This document shows positions 37,601 to 51,590 of a DNA stretch of 64,000 bases, piece by piece. Position numbers and translations under genes: made by a program. Source of the DNA: Raillietiella orientalis (Eukaryota); contig JAYWIR010000002.1 in NCBI GenBank assembly GCA_036172245.1, positions 2,542,001 through 2,606,000 on the forward strand, read 5' to 3'. The notes below the pieces were generated by a model. That model was not told the DNA's origin, searched no databases, and was given only the letters and a program-made list of their open reading frames with translations. Within the stretch, counting starts at the first letter, position 1. Each line of letters starts with the position of its first letter.

Positions 37601-40600
37601 AACAAACTGAGGGAGGGAAGAAGAAGTGGGATTGCTACGGGAGTGACTTAGAAAATACGGAAGGAGCAAAACCCCTGGAAGGGTAACTAGGGATGTTGTT
37701 GTTGCAGATTGCATGTGGTACAAGGGATGCTGCTTGGCTGCGCGCATGGGAAGGAAGGGGGGAGCGGTGATTTTGTGCAAGTGGGCGAGACCAGAGAATT
37801 TTTTCTGAATGTAAAGAGATTCCCCAAGGGGTGCGAAGTCTCCCTGGGATAGAGAAGGAATTCGGAAACAGGAGCTCTCTCTCGCGGTTGGATGGGTATT
37901 GGACCAAAGCGACAACCTCAAAAGGTCTGAGGAGATGAGTCGGAGGATTCCAAGCTGAGTTGAGCTGGTTTCTTATGAGGAAGGGAAGGGGAGAGGGGGA
38001 ACAATGCGCATAAAAAGCTGACGGAGCAAAACCTGCAAAACGTAAAGATGGTGGAAACAGAATTTCAAACCGGCTGGAAACAGGATAGTGACTCAAAGGA
38101 ATGAAACAGATGCGTGAGGAACGATGGGAAATAATCCGAGTCTGCCCGCAGCGTGACGTGCAAGGAGGGCCAAGCTTCGAGGATATTAAACGTTGTTTAA
38201 GGATGGGACGGATTAGGGATTGTTTCTTGTGGCTCGGTTATTTTTCATGCTAATCTCGGGTGGACTTATAACGGCGCTATCGCTTTTCAAGTGATCTCTT
38301 CGGAGATAATGTTGTACTGACGGGAGGAAGATGATTCGTTGAGAAGAGTTCTTAGCAATGTACGCTCGTGAAACCCCATATTTTTTTTTCTTTTTTTTAA
38401 AGGGGGGAGATTGCTTGAGTGATGAGGATAAACAGAAGGGTCAGGATACGATTTAGCGCTCGACTGGAGATTCTAATCTAATTTTGTGCCTGAATTTTTC
38501 ATCGGAAGCATTCGAGAGTCCGTTTTTTGTGATTACAGGAGCATTCTGAGGATGGAAGACTACGATTCTTCCTTCATATTTGGGCCCAGTGAGGAAGAGA
38601 CTCATTCTGGATGAGAAATCCTTCCATATTTAGGAGATAGCGGAGTTCGACAAGCCCCTTGGCACGAAAGGCATTCACTTTGGAAAGGGACCTTGTCCAG
38701 ACGGAAAAGAAACTCATCCTCCAGGCATCGAGCCCTCACGCATCATCCAAAGAGATGGAAAAGCGACCGCCGGATTGCAGAGTGAATCGAACTCAAGTCT
38801 ACCTTATGCTGCGTTTGCTTGGCAACCACTGGTCATCTGGAGTTTGCGAAGTCAAAGGTCCGGGCTTCCAGATCCCAGCTCAATGCTGCTACCGCTTGAA
38901 CTAAGAGACGTGGCAAAGAGAATAAGGATAGCCATCTTCAGGGAATTGGATGATCTGACGAACACAGGTCCGAATCCTCCTGCACCCGAGTACGTCGATG
39001 CCTTGTTTTGCTGTGTGTCCAGAAGCCAGGAACGTACAAACCAAACCTTCCAGAGGGACGAGCACATCCACGAGACTGCGACCGCAGGAAACTGCTGACT
39101 ACAGTTTCACAGGGGTTTTCCGTGGCGAAGAAAGGTGGACGCCGGCTCGTCATCTTTGGAAACGTTGGTCCGTATCCAGCAGAAGTTTCTTCCGCATCGA
39201 GGGAATGCCTTGATGCCGCAACTCATTTCAGGTGAAATAAGGCTATCGTAAGTGAGAAGTTCAAAAAGACGACCGGAAGGTAAAAGACCTTATAGGATGA
39301 TGTGGTCACGCACGAGATAGTGTAACTGGCTCGCGAAAACTTCGAGGACACAAGTGGAGGTTCACCGCTAGTATCATAAAATCCACCACCTTTCGATGGG
39401 TGCGAAACCTACTTTTCGTCGAGTGCTTTTCGTCATGTAGGCTTTGAACTGTCCCTTCAGATGCCTTCAAAAACAAATTCAGGGACTCAGGATACATTCT
39501 GAAACGTACGACAGCCGCAAAGGGCAACATGAATCGAAAGCGGATACACCAATCCGCAGATGGCTGCGGGGTCTTTGTTTTGACGGCGAGACTTAAAAGC
39601 CGAGGTTAAAGTGGTCCCCATGACGCACTTTGCTGCAAAATGCAGGAAGATGCGATTCGTCCCTATCCTTGCTGAAACCGAATGAAGTCTACCGAGCCCT
39701 GCGGTTTCGTTTATCCACTAATGAACGGACCATCGTTACATTAATGCATAGGACGTGCAAAAATCTTCCACATATCTACATCGAAACAACAGCATTTGCC
39801 AACTACGCTGCAAGAACGTTCAATGGAATTCAGAGATGCCGGATAATCCCTCTCGGAAACGGAAAACTTCCTCTGTGGAAGCGAAAAAAAAGAAGAAAGA
39901 AAAAAAGAAAAACATGAAGGAAACATGGGCAAGGTAAGGGCAACGATTCTTCTGGACAGTGTCTTGTTTTCTTTTAAAGGGGATGAAGCATGGCTGGAAC
40001 GAAGTAAAACTTCAGACAGGAAAAAATTCTTTCACATCATCCAGGGTTGTTCAAATCACACATACACCTTTCTTAAGGAGGAGAACTCGAATCTAGGAGT
40101 CTAGGATCGAAACCAAGGAAACGCTCCCATTAGTTCCCTGCCTACCCGTGCTGGAGCAACGAAACCTTTCGGAGCACCACGCGATCGGATCCTGGAATCC
40201 AAGGTGTCTGTCTCTTTTTACATGCGGTCCAATCTACGCCAGTTCGGTAGATTTAGGGAGCAGCGTACACTTTGCTGTCTCCGAGTTGGATCTGTAGGTG
40301 TTGGCTACACGTCTGCTTAAATTAATCTATCGGGATGGGAGCCACCTATTGTATAGGTGAGACGCTTGCTCTCCGCCGCAGCGGCAACGAAGCTGTTGCT
40401 GACGAAGCCAGGCCTCCATCGGCCTCTGCGCACTGCTTGCTGGAAGGAGGATGACAGCGAAACGTTCGATACGGAAGGGAATGACAGAGAAAAATCATCT
40501 CCTTCTGCATTCGAAGCTGCGAGGAGTGGACAAGAACGACGGTGGTGACTGACGAGTAATGAGCGAGGCCGTTCCTGAATTAAGGCTGCCGTATTTTCTC

Positions 40601-41046
40601 TGAGTTCACTAAAGCCGAGGGCATTTGAAATGCACGTTCCCTTCCTCTTTCAGGAAAAGTAAAGCGAATCAGAAAAGTTGAATGGCGAGAGCTTTTTTGT
40701 TTTTTAAAAATCTTGGTTTCTGACCCGCTCTTGCGCTCTTTTCTTTTTGCACTTGGCAACACTGCTCTTGAGAGGAGCAGTGCTGCCAAGTGCTGCAGTG
40801 CGAGTGCCACTTACAAAGAACAGAAAGACTTGATGACCTCCAGGTCTAGTAGTGGATAGAACAGATACAAGCTCAGGATATCGCGGAAGGAGACCAAAAG
40901 GTGGAACGGAAGCGGAAGGGGAGTTTGCGATCTAGTAGGGTATCGAAGCAGGTGCACCACACATGGCGGTCATCCCTAGTCAGGCCATGTCGAGACCGTG
41001 GAGAGCTCCATGAACGACATCTTTGGGAAGATAATTCTTCAAGACT

Positions 41047-41580
41047 GGGGGTACCCCGGAAGGGGACCACCCTATGAATCCACAAGGGATGCGGAGAAAG
41101 AAGTCCCTTCCTTTCACGCCTGGGAGGGATCCCCGAAGGGGACCCCCACCCTGTTGTCTCCGAAGGAAACCCCGAAGGGAATCTCCTTCCTTTTTCTCTC
41201 CGGGGGGAATGCGCAAGGGAACCGCTCCTGTTTGCTCCTCTGAAGAGAACCCCGAAGGGACACTTCCGGATTTTCTCTGAAGGACGCTCCCCGAAGGGAG
41301 CGGCATGCTTCTTGCACTCAGGAGAGGCATCATCAATCCACTAGCTCCATGGTACGAGACGGAGGGTCCTTTCCCCCCCAGAAGGGAAGAAACGGCTCCG
41401 TTTGCACAACCGGAGGGGAACCCCAAAGGGAACCAGACTTCTCGATTCTGTTTCTTGGAAGGAACCCGAAGAGTCGACTCCCTATCCCGGCCACTCATCG
41501 GGGGCATCCGGTTTGAGCCGCTACCATTTTCACCGCACCCGAATGAATAGGGAGCGACCCGCGTCATCTTGCGGGAAGAA
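41047..41580 (+). repeat. Tandem hairpin array, copy 1 (~11 units, ~39-44 nt period) plus unique 3' segment shared with copy 2
   Basis: Loop centres near 41059, 41135, 41174, 41214, 41254, 41293, 41381, 41425 and 41468. Unit consensus GGAGGG-AA-CCC-GAA-GGG-AA-CC.CTCC followed by a pyrimidine-rich linker. Confidence 0.8.
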
Positions 41581-41649
41581 CTCGAATCCACGACGCAACC
41601 CCCATCTCTCGGCGTCTATTCTTTCAGAGTATTGGAACTTGCGAAGCTT

Positions 41650-42990
41650 GGTGGTGCCACGCGCGGAGACTGTGACCACATGGCCCCGAAGCAGGCTGTG
41701 TGGAGATCACATCTGCCTGAGTACGAACGCTTGCGACCACCTCTAGGCAAGAAGTGCACACGGAGAGGTGTATCTGCTCCTGCCCGGGGAACTGGAAAGC
41801 GCTCCATCTCAGAAGCTGCGAAAGCTGTGACCAAGAAGCAGGAAAGTTCGAAACAAGCGCCATGCGGGCCATCGACTCGAGCTCGACGGTATCTCCAGTC
41901 AAGATCCGCCTCATGACACCCTTTTGAGTCAATCCGGGGCTCGCTTCAGAGGTTCACTGATTCTCAGAAACAGGTTGTCCGGATATCTCTGCAATGTTTA
42001 TCCAGGTGTCAAAACAGCCTTTCTGCCTTCAGGTACAACGTTCCTCATTCAAGCTTGGGCTGGAATGCAGTGACCTCTCCTTCAAGACTTTGCACGATCC
42101 AAAGATCCTTCATCCGATCGCTCCAGTTTGATTAACCGCCATGGTATCCATAGGGTCGACACAACATTCCTGGTAGCTCCAGAAAGTAGGCTGATACTGG
42201 CACGAGTGGATGCTCTTTCTCGTCTATTTTGAAAACTGAAAGAATGCAGAGATGAATTTCTTCAAACCTTCTGAACAGGCTGAAGACATGATCCGTACGG
42301 ATCTGCCCTTCTTCTGGGAAAGTAGAGGTCGAATGCTTGTGGTGACTTTGAAAAATCGGTAGATGCGGTCGAATCCCATCATCAACAGCTGCACGAAATG
42401 ATCTGAGAAAAATCGATCTCACAAGAGAACCACATAGGAGTAGAGGAGGAAGAATTCCCGATAGAGAAGAGTTCCTCATAGAGCATGCATTAGACGATCC
42501 GATCGACTAGCAGACCAATAGTCAAGCGGGAGAATAAACCCCGGCAAGCAGCGTCACAAAATCAGTAAACGTACCTCGTCCCGCAAGCAAACCCATTTAG
42601 ACCTCAAACTCGATAGTTTCAGCATCAGATAGTTCATAAGAGCATCCATCATCACCCAAAGAAACCTGCAAAGCGGGCATCCACATTCTTCCAGGATCAT
42701 ACTGAGGTAGCTTACGCTTCCAGTGAACATTTTTGCAGAGCGATTCTGCTGCGCTTTGAGCCTTCCACGTAGATTTTTCTGGAACGCACGGCCAATCCGT
42801 TCCACTGAAATCTGCGCTTCTACGAGGGTCGGGAACTTGCAGATGTTTCAGGAAGCTCAAACGCCCGCTAGGGGACGTGGTAGCCACGTTCCCGTAATCA
42901 TTCAACCTCGGCCACGGATAGACGCATGTGCCAGGTAGCGTGGAGCCGATCGCTGGGGGATGCAGGAGGCAAGTAGGCAGGGATTTCTAT
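41650..42990 (+). mobile_element. Decayed Ty3/Gypsy pol (RT thumb - RNase H - integrase)
   Basis: In order: VWRSHLPEYERLRPPL (cf. YYRRFIP.YA.IA.PL), RLSGYLCN/LSRCQNSLSAF (frameshifted; cf. RPVAY.SK.LS.AQ.NYSAF), IPGSSRK*AD (cf. IPG..N..AD), FHVDFSG at 42763 (integrase HVDF.G). Confidence 0.55.
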
Positions 42991-43379
42991 CGAGTTCGAG
43001 TCGATGGCGCGCGTCGGATTAGTGTTCGAGCACTAATTCAGTAGCCTAACTCTGTTTCGAAATGGTAGAACTGTTTAAATGGTGAACCTCTGTTTAACCA
43101 TCTCTGTTCAAATGGTGAGCCTTGACCTGCCCACCTGGAATTTTCATCTCCTAGGTCCTCCTAGGTTTCATCCCGCATGTCTCTTTTTCCTGTGCAACGG
43201 TCAATAGCTCGTCGTCCGCCCGCGTGACGCGCGCCCAAACCCAAAACGGGGAGGAAAAAATTTCCTAGTGCAGTATGGCCGCCGAGTCCAAATCATTGCC
43301 GTCGTCCGCACGTTGTTCGACTACCGTGCCAAGCAGCGATGTGCGGGCGACCCGGATGTGTTACCATCCACGCCGTGTG

Positions 43380-44010
43380 GACGGAAACATGCTACTTGAT
43401 GCTGCCTTTGTTCCGTGCATCCAGCTCTGTGTAAGGGGTCCACAAGGGTACCGCACGTGCAAGGGAAGAAAGCGCGTCCCTTGTAGGCAGGTACCGCGGT
43501 ACTACCGTTTTAGCCTTCCTCTCGAAATTCGATGGAATATTCGATGAAAGTCTCGGGGTTCCAGAAATTCGCTCGCAATTACTCTTTAAAGTACAGTTAT
43601 TGCGAAAAGACAGCCGTAATTTGCTCCCTCGCAACACGGCTCTCAGGAAAGCAAGGCCCTTGACGCTCGACGAATTCATCAGCGAAAGATGGTGTTGCCT
43701 GTTTGCTTTGAGAGTCCGCTGGAGGTACATAAGGATGCAATCAACGGACAACGCAACCGGTGAGAGGGAACCATCGAATTCTGTTCCTAAGCAAACAGGT
43801 ATACGTGGCTGTAGGTCATAAAAGAAGAGTCAACATCCAGGATCATTAGCCGCGAAGACAAGTCGAGGGAGAGGTCATTTCTTTGAGCGAGAGACGAGAG
43901 CAGTGAATTTCGTTGTTCCTGAGTGATGGAGGAAATAGTGGATGCTGTTCCTGTTAAAAGCAACTGCCATACACAAAAAAAAGGAAGTCGAGGTTCGCAT
44001 CCAACGGAAG
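43380..44010 (-). mobile_element. Decayed Ty3/Gypsy reverse transcriptase
   Basis: RLPFFCVWQLLLTGT (cf. RFCVDYR.LN..T), LSLDLSSRLMIL (cf. FS.LDL.SGY.QI), SVDCILMY..HHLSL..VKGL (cf. YIDDILIYS..HL..V..GL), PTRDALSSL (cf. PT..LRSFL). Confidence 0.55.
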
Positions 44011-45429
44011 GCATCGTGAGACTGGATGCAGTTCTGCTTTCTGGAACTTCGCTAACTGAGGGATTCTCGGTCGCTCTTCGTAAACAACTGGTAGGTTAAG
44101 CACAGATCAGGAAAGAGGGCAATGATTTTTTTTTTCCACCACAAATGAGGAACTAAGCTTTTCCGAACTATCCCTACCTGAGCTCACGGTTATTTAATTC
44201 GGAGACTCCAGTGGCCAGAGAGCATTTCGTTGCCGAAGAAAGGAGAGCGAAGTCAGAGCTTCAGTTAAGCGATTGACTCGAGCTCAACTGCACGATAAGA
44301 ACTGTCACCTTTTGAATCGATTTTGTATCCTCCACCCAAACACTCCTTGAGGCGAAGGTTCTTTGCTTCCTGCGTGGCTCGATGGGGACCCGGCACGTGA
44401 GTGAGCGTTCACGGGCAACTGGGTATCGGTTCATCACAAGCTGATCTTCCACAGAGAATGAAAGATGAAACCGTATCCCAAGACCATGTTCTTGTGTTGC
44501 ATCTGCATTGAGAAACTTCTGTGGCTGCTTCGGTTCAAGGGTGTCGAATGGTCGCTGGGATCTTCGAGGGCAGTGGTAGGTTTGGTTAAAGCCGAGGCAA
44601 TCGTGGGGCAAGCGCAGGAACGGAAGAGGTTGACAAAGGGAATGGAAGGCGTAGCCATCAATCAGAGGAACTCATGATCCAGAATCCCGTCTTCGCTCCA
44701 GCAAGGGACCGTCAATTTTCTCCACACATGGGGTGCTGATGCTGCAGCTGGATCCACTAAGTATCGGGGAGGTTGAGGAGTCGGAGAAATACATCGTTCA
44801 TGAAGACAGGACTACAGTGAGGCAGAAGTAACATCTACAATATAGGGAGTGTCTCCTTCCCTGATTTTTGTACGTCTGTGACCAACAACAAGGAGACATC
44901 CCAAGTCCAAGTAGGAAGTTTTTCATGCATGTATCCCCATAAGGTTCTGATCTGCACGGATCTTATCTGCAGCAGGAGTGCCACCTCGTGCACGTATCCG
45001 TGCGTCTGCGCTCCCCGAAGCTCCCCGTTAGGAGTGCGTCCACTCTTTTACGAGGTCTCGGCCGGCAAGACGAAAGGGCTGCTTGGGTGGACATCACCAA
45101 AGAACCCAGTCATCACGAAGGAGGAGGGGACACAGCAGCCTGTCTTCAGAAAGATCAGCTTGCCCCAGGAAGATGCGGTTCAGACTCGCGCGACTTCGAC
45201 CGAAGGTCTACCTGGGCCGAAGAGTTCGCAGCCGGACTCGTCACACTTTCCGAGTTCCGAACGCGGTCCCTGCGGCAGAAGATGTGCTCTGTAAAGAGAA
45301 GATCCGTGAGACCTCCCCCAATCAGGCGGAGATGCCTTGGTGTCGAATCTTAAGCTCCTGGGTCCTTCAGCTTGCTTCGCCTAAGGATTCTGGGAGGATC
45401 TTCAAACCTGCGGAGTCCCGGAACCTCTA

Positions 45430-45800
45430 GGAGCAATCAAAAGGAATGGATTTCAGGGAAGACCTGCGAGACTCGAGACGCCACGGTGGGGGGACTCCAC
45501 TTCCTGATCTTCGGCAGAGCCGCATCTCGACTCTTGCACGCCCCCGCGGATGGGTGGGCGGCAGATAAATCAGCTGTCCCCCTCTCCCCCTTCCGCGTAT
45601 TCGGCGAAGCTGCAGTTCGACCAGCAGCTGGCTTAATCCTCTGCAGCTTTCGAGCATATCGGAGATGTCCTGGATGGCGAGGGAATCCGGCGCGCAGGTT
45701 CCTGAGAGCACCGAGCCTTTCGCCCACGTGCTACCCGATCTGCAGGGCTCGAAGAGCGCGCGCGAGCTCTTGCTTGAAGACCTCTTCCTATGGCGGGAGG
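45430..45800 (+). mobile_element. Decayed Tx1-like ORF1 (gag-like zinc knuckles)
   Basis: EWISGKT (cf. GIWTG.R) and YRRCPGWRGNPARRF..TCYPICRARRARASSCLKTSSY (degenerate tandem CCHC knuckles); lies upstream of the ORF2 remnant at 47.6 kb on the same strand. Confidence 0.35.
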
Positions 45801-47619
45801 TAGGAGGATCTCCTTTCGCGGAAGCTCCCTACTCTTCAGAGAGCCTCCCAGAGGTGGAGAGCGCGGGTCCACGGGCTGGAGGAGGAGGCTACGAGACGCG
45901 CGCAGTGGTCTAAACGGAGGTCGTCCTCGTTCCTTCCCGAGGGCGACCGGTTGGTCCAGGTGTTCGAGTCCCCGCGGTCGTTCCTGCTCCTCCCTATTCC
46001 TCCCCGAGGAACTCGCCCTCGGCCTCCGCCCGCGTGCTTCCGATGCTTTTGAGCGCCACTGATGTTTGCCCCCTCCATGCCCAACAATCAGCTGGGAGAA
46101 GAGTGGGAGAGAGGGGTGGGGAGAGAAGGGGATCCCCACGTGCGAGCAACCCTTCGAGTTCATCCCAAATCTTCCTCGTTTTTGACGGATGTGCTTCCGG
46201 ATTTTCATCGGCATCTCCCGGCAATTACTTTGGTACGAGTTTCAATTTATCAGTGTACATCTGTTCCGTAGATTTGATTTCATTCCTCCTTATAGGCTTT
46301 CCCGTGTTATCGTGATTCCATGGTTTCCTTGCTTGTTCTCCTTACATTTCCCAAATGCAATTTTCTGCGGCATCCCTGGGGGACGAAGGAAATCGCAGAT
46401 CCGGGCATTTGTCTAACTAACTTTGCCACGTGATAATGAACTTCGATAAATACGCACGAGGATTCCCCCCCTCCCGCTCCCTTCCCCTCTCTTCCTCTCT
46501 CCCTCTCTCTCTCTCTTTATTTCTTTTCCTTTTCCTTCGCCTTTTGAATTTCAGATGGAGGAACCGTGTTGTGATTCCCACGCTCAGCCGTTCTCCTCCG
46601 CCGTCGCTTCCTTGCTCCGTCCCAGGAACGCCTCGCTTCCCGCCATCCGTTTCCAATATCTCCTCCTGGATGACACCACGATATGCTAATGCTCGTTTGG
46701 AAGGAAGAGGGGTCTTCCTCGCATCTCAGCTGATCGGGAAGCCGGGGTTCCTGCTATCGCGCTCCCTATTTTTCAGATATTCCTTATCACGTGGAGGAAT
46801 TCCTAAGGCACCTTCGCAGGAAAGGATAATCTGAATGCCTCGCTTCCTCCCCTCCTCTCCTCCCTCTCCCCTCATTCTTTTTTCTCATTCTTCTTCTTTC
46901 TCTTCTGAGTCTTCTCGGGAGTCGATCCTCCTGCGGTCGGATGCGGATGCCTCCCAGAAAGCGGTGAGCGCGCGCGAGGGAAGGGTACGGACGGCATCAA
47001 ACCTCCCTCTCCTGTGATCTGAATCTTTTATCTTTCCAAACACTCTCAGGCCCTGGAAGAATAGACGCAGGGCTCCTCCTCTCGCGCCTACGAATCACGA
47101 CGGTTGCTTAGGCGGCGCCGAGCCCCATCCGTCGAGTGATGTCCTCTCTCTTGACGAGGACTTCTCCAAACTCCCTACGAGGTGGGATGCGAGCGCAGGA
47201 AAGAAAAACCGTTGGCGAAGTCCGTGTGGTCCAGTTTTCGGAGTCCGGTATGCTTTGTTAGGGTCCACCCCTCAGCCGCAGCTGCTGCATGGGTGTTGAA
47301 GAATGTCTGCCTTCATGCCTGCTGCTTACCAAGTGACCGCAGAGTGGTGTGTGACCTGCTTTCGGGATGGGTTTCAGGGCATCGTCATCAGTCTCCGAAG
47401 GCGAGAGCGAGGAATCGCTAAGAATGCTCAACCTTCTACTCGTACAGTCAAGGTCTTTCGGCTGAGATCAAAGCACAGTCAAGGACGCTCGTGAAACTTT
47501 TGGCTGTTCCTCATCCGGAATCCCTTCGCCGCAAAACTCATGTTGCCGATGTCTGTGGTGACTACGGAAATGGACTACGTTGGGAATGGGCCTCGAAGCA
47601 CCGGGTTCGACTTCCCTAC

Positions 47620-49120
47620 ATTCTAACAATGGGGGCGCTTGGTCTCCGCGGTCGTTCTCTAGGCATACAGAAAGGGATGCCAGGCATCCGAAGATTCGCC
47701 TCTCCATGCGTGGGAGGGAACTACCTTTTCCTTGACCCCAGCCGCGGGAGCTAGCGGATGGTGGGAAGTGCTGCTGACGGGTGACGAGAATTTTCGAGGA
47801 TTCCCTGAAAGCAGCGCTTCCAGCCGGGCATCCCACCAGGAAAGGTCCTCCGAGAGCACCCTTCTAGACTATTACCGTATCCTGGACGACTTCTCCTCAT
47901 CTTTCTTCTTCTACCCTGGAGGCCCCATCCAGCAAGACCGAAGCTTCCGCACACCTGCCCTCTTCGACTCGATTGGTGCGCCCTCTTCCGGGCAGCGAGT
48001 CGGGAAAGGGAAGTTACACGAAGGATAAACTCCGGAACCCCTCGGCCTTGGTGGCACGCGCCGTTTCTCACCGCCCCCACCGGAAAGGACAAAAAACGTA
48101 ACTAAGAACGCTGTTCCTGGAGACACACGCGGCCTGATTCTTCACCGGAATCCTGATCTCTGCTTGAACCGCGCTTCGTTGGTTCGGGAGGCTCAGGAAG
48201 GAATGCGTCTCCGAGTTGTCGGCTCCTTGCTGTGGTCAGATCAACATCGGGAGTGCCAAAGAAAGAAAGCTACACTTTTCCTGTGCACCCGAGACAAGAA
48301 ATGGTGCAAAGCACAGAGGAAGCAGAGACAGGAAGCAGAATGGAAGAAGGGAGAAGTCAGCACTGCTTTGCTCCTTCACCAAACTGGAAGCTTCGTCTCA
48401 TCGGATGATCGTGCCGGAAGCTACAGGAAAGTTTAAGGAAAGGAGGGGAAACTTCTTGAAGGATGAGTCAAGCAACAGGGTTCTTATTTCTCTCCTTCGT
48501 GTTTTTCTGGCACGGGGACACCTGAGAGGGGGCTGCGAACTGTGCTCTCTTTAGGCTTTGATAGCTTCAGATTGTTTCCCTTTCCTGATTCCCTTTCCTT
48601 GAGATTCAGACCAGAATCTAAGAAAGAAGGGGGAGGGGTGCGTCTGTCGCACCATGGGAGGAGGAGGGATTGAAGCCACAAGAGTGGAGAAGGTCGGAAG
48701 GAACTAAGGCCAGCCGGAGCAGGCTCAGAAACTTCTTTCCGCGAGCTTGGGACTCGTCCAGGCAAATGGACCGAACGGACTCTAGGATGCTCAGCAGCTT
48801 TCGCTCCCCTGCAGGAAAATAGCCTGGTGACGGTCACGGGGCATGCTGATGGTCCCGATCTCTCGAGATTGGGAAGTTTGCCTACACGAGAAGGACCTGA
48901 AAAGGAGAGACAGACGGGTCCGACATTGTGTTTGTCGCTTTCCAGAAGAACCTTCTACAGCCTTAGACCGGTTCTCAGAGACCTTTTCTCCTCAATTCGA
49001 CAAGAAATCACGTAGTCTCCCTCATAGGCAGAAACCTCTCCTCCTCTCGCGACAGCGCGTCGCGAGCCAGATTCCCGAGCTTTCCGGGCGAGCCGCAACC
49101 TTGTACGTTCCCGTCTTCTC
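47620..49120 (+). mobile_element. Decayed L1/Tx1 ORF2 (AP endonuclease, linker, RT N-terminus)
   Basis: In order: GRLVSAVV, VLLTGDENF (cf. GDFN), LLDYYRIL..FFF..QDRSF (cf. L.D.WR..YTF..IDRF), RQEAEWKKGEVST (cf. RA.W.EEGEKST), ANGPNGL (cf. APGPDGL), SQIPELSGR (cf. Q.GF..GR). Confidence 0.6.
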
Positions 49121-49899
49121 CCTCCGTCCATCATCTCAAAATCCTGCAGCTTCTTCAATGGACATGGGAGGAGCAGGAGGGATCCCTGGAGGTAGGTGCC
49201 TCAGAGTTCCAGCTGCTTGGTAACTTTGAAGTGAATAAAAAAAACATCCCTAGCGAGAGGAGGGGAAGCGGGAGACGGGGATGTTACCGTGGCTGCGCGA
49301 AGGGTGACGCGAGTGAGAAACGCGGAACGCTCCCGTGGAGGTGCGAGGAAAGGAAGGAGACACGTTGAACTGCAGGACTTCGCTCATGTGTAGATTGCTG
49401 TTCCTCTTTGCTTCGTTTTCCCTTCCCTTTCATCCTCCCTGTATCCCCTGTTTCTTCCAAGAAAAGAAGATCCGTGCCTCCGCGGTTGCAGCAGTCGGCA
49501 CAAAGGAGATGTTATCCAGTCAGAGGAGCCCTACCGCAGCCGCGTTCTTCCACCTCCGAGATTCCAGGAGGACTCCCTGCTCTGCCTGGATTCCACGAGG
49601 GAAGCGGAAGGACCTCTTTCCCCTGCCTGTCGAGAGCTACAAAGCTCAGGCAAAGCGGGACCCTTTCTGATCCTGCAGACACCTCCTCGATCTGGGATGT
49701 TGGGAAGTTTGAGGGATGAGTCGAAGGGGGAGTCAGGACTTCTTTTCTGGAAACAAGCGTGGTCGGTCGCGGTGTCGCGTACCCTCCGAAGCCAACTGTC
49801 ACCCGCTGCTCACTTCCTCACTGTTCCTCCTCGTGACCGGGAAAACGCTTTAAGCGATGCTCCCAGACCTCCACATTTCCACCATCCATCGGATGTCAT

Positions 49900-50370
49900 T
49901 CCCGGAGGATTTGCGCTTCCTTCTCAGAGGGGTGGATGCTGAAAGACTGGACCTCCAAACTCCTCCACTTCTGATCCTTTGACTTGCCCGGGCCCGCATG
50001 TCTTGGCGCTGAGTGCGCTTTCCCGATCCCCTTCGCCCGGCAGCTCAGAGTCCGGCTCTCCTCTCTGAGCCCATCGTGAACGGCAGCTGCGGGCGCCTCT
50101 GACCGACAGGCGGATCCGACAGAGCGGCAACATCGGTGATGATTTCAAGCCAAAGACAGTAACCTTGATGGGGACGGGCGCTCTCCTCGACTCATCGAGG
50201 GGGAAAAGCGAAGTCTTCACGCAGATTCTCGCACGAGATGGCATTTCCCATGTTTCCTTGAGGAAGTGGACCTCGCCACTCTTCCGGGTGCTTGCAGAGG
50301 GCCGTGCGCACACGGTCGGAGAAGGGAAGTGGGGGGTCTCGCTCGGACGATGCCGACGCTGAAAGACTCT
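49900..50370 (-). mobile_element. Decayed L1/Tx1 endonuclease N-terminal fragment
   Basis: FSVGIVRAR (cf. I.S.NVRGL) and EVHFLKETW (cf. DI.FLQETH). Confidence 0.35.
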
Positions 50371-51149
50371 CTCCCGCCCCCTCTTCTGCACGCAGCCACA
50401 AAGGCAATGGGCATTTCGCTCGAAGTAAAAAAAGAGGCGGATCGGGATTTATCTGTGATGAAGGGTTCTCCGTACTGAGGACAGAGGAGGAGGGTAGCTC
50501 CTTCGCTGAACTCTACGGAGGAACCGTCGGAAGGAGCCGCTTCGCCTGAGGCTGCCACCGCCACCGCCGCCACGTTCCGAACGAGGAACGTGGCGGCGGC
50601 GTTTTCTCACCAAAAAAAAGAAAAGCAAAGGAAAGGAAAGGAAAGGAAAACGCATGCGACTGCAGCCTCTCAGCAACTGAGACCATCGATTTTCATAAAA
50701 GCAGCAATGAGACTCCGCAACCGTTTTGCTCGGAGTGCCATCCTTCCCTCCCGGCGCGCGGCGTCTGTGAATGGAAGAGGCCCTGCGACCTCACTTGTTC
50801 TGCTGCTCATGAGTTTTGCTTCACGAGGACACTCCGGGGAACCCGCTTATTGTTCGGCCTTGGGGCGGTCGCGACATGGCACAACGTGTGGCATGAGACG
50901 CGACGGCATCGAAGGCTCGAAAAGAGCAGCACCCTCATACGGAACGAGGCTGCACATCGACATCGGGATCGGCCAAACAGCTGCGTGGAAACATTCAAAG
51001 GGAAGAGCCGTCATTGTTCTCCCGCAAGGACTAAGACGGACTAATTGCGTTCATGCATCCCTTTTGTTCTAGGACCTTCGAAATCCTCTACGATGAACCA
51101 GAGCAGAGGAAAAATCACTGTAACAGAAGTCATTTATGGCTTTCCCTCA

Positions 51150-51590
51150 TAGCAAAACCCCTCCCGGACCGAGAAAAGGTCACGTCCTGAGTCGGGCGAT
51201 CAGAGCCTTCCCCGTCCGGCGGCGAAAATGGATGTCTCTCCCACCCGCAGGTTTGTCCGCTCGACTTATCGTCTGTACGAGGAAAGTCTCCCAGGGACCG
51301 AGTCGACTGCATGGTCCGCGGGGAGGTGCGTGGCACGGGAAGAGTCACTGAGCCACACTGCAACTGGAACGGGAAGAGAGGCACGACAAACCGGTCGTCC
51401 GGATCGAGGAAGCCAACCCATTCCCGGAACAGATTCAAAGCCACACTCGTATTCTCGGCAATGCCAGGGAAGAGACAACATGGACTCTGCCTTACCTGAG
51501 GAATCTTCTCTGGAAGCGCGAGGGGAGGCAAGAAGAAGGACGGCCCGCCACTCCGGCGACGGAGGGCACCTGCATCCGTCAGAGGGATGG
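51150..51590 (-). mobile_element. Possible decayed L1/Tx1 RT N-terminal fragment
   Basis: VDSVPGRL (cf. Q.GFVPGR) and PDGEGSDRP (cf. LD.EKAFDRV); weak. Confidence 0.25.

Noticed and set aside
36860-38100. DIRS/tyrosine-recombinase element
   Set aside because: Initial resemblance was weak; the ordered motifs fit Gypsy RNase H better and no recombinase catalytic motif was found.
47595-47640. tRNA or tRNA-derived SINE (GGTTCGACT B-box-like)
   Set aside because: No cloverleaf or A-box; lies at the edge of the L1 endonuclease remnant.
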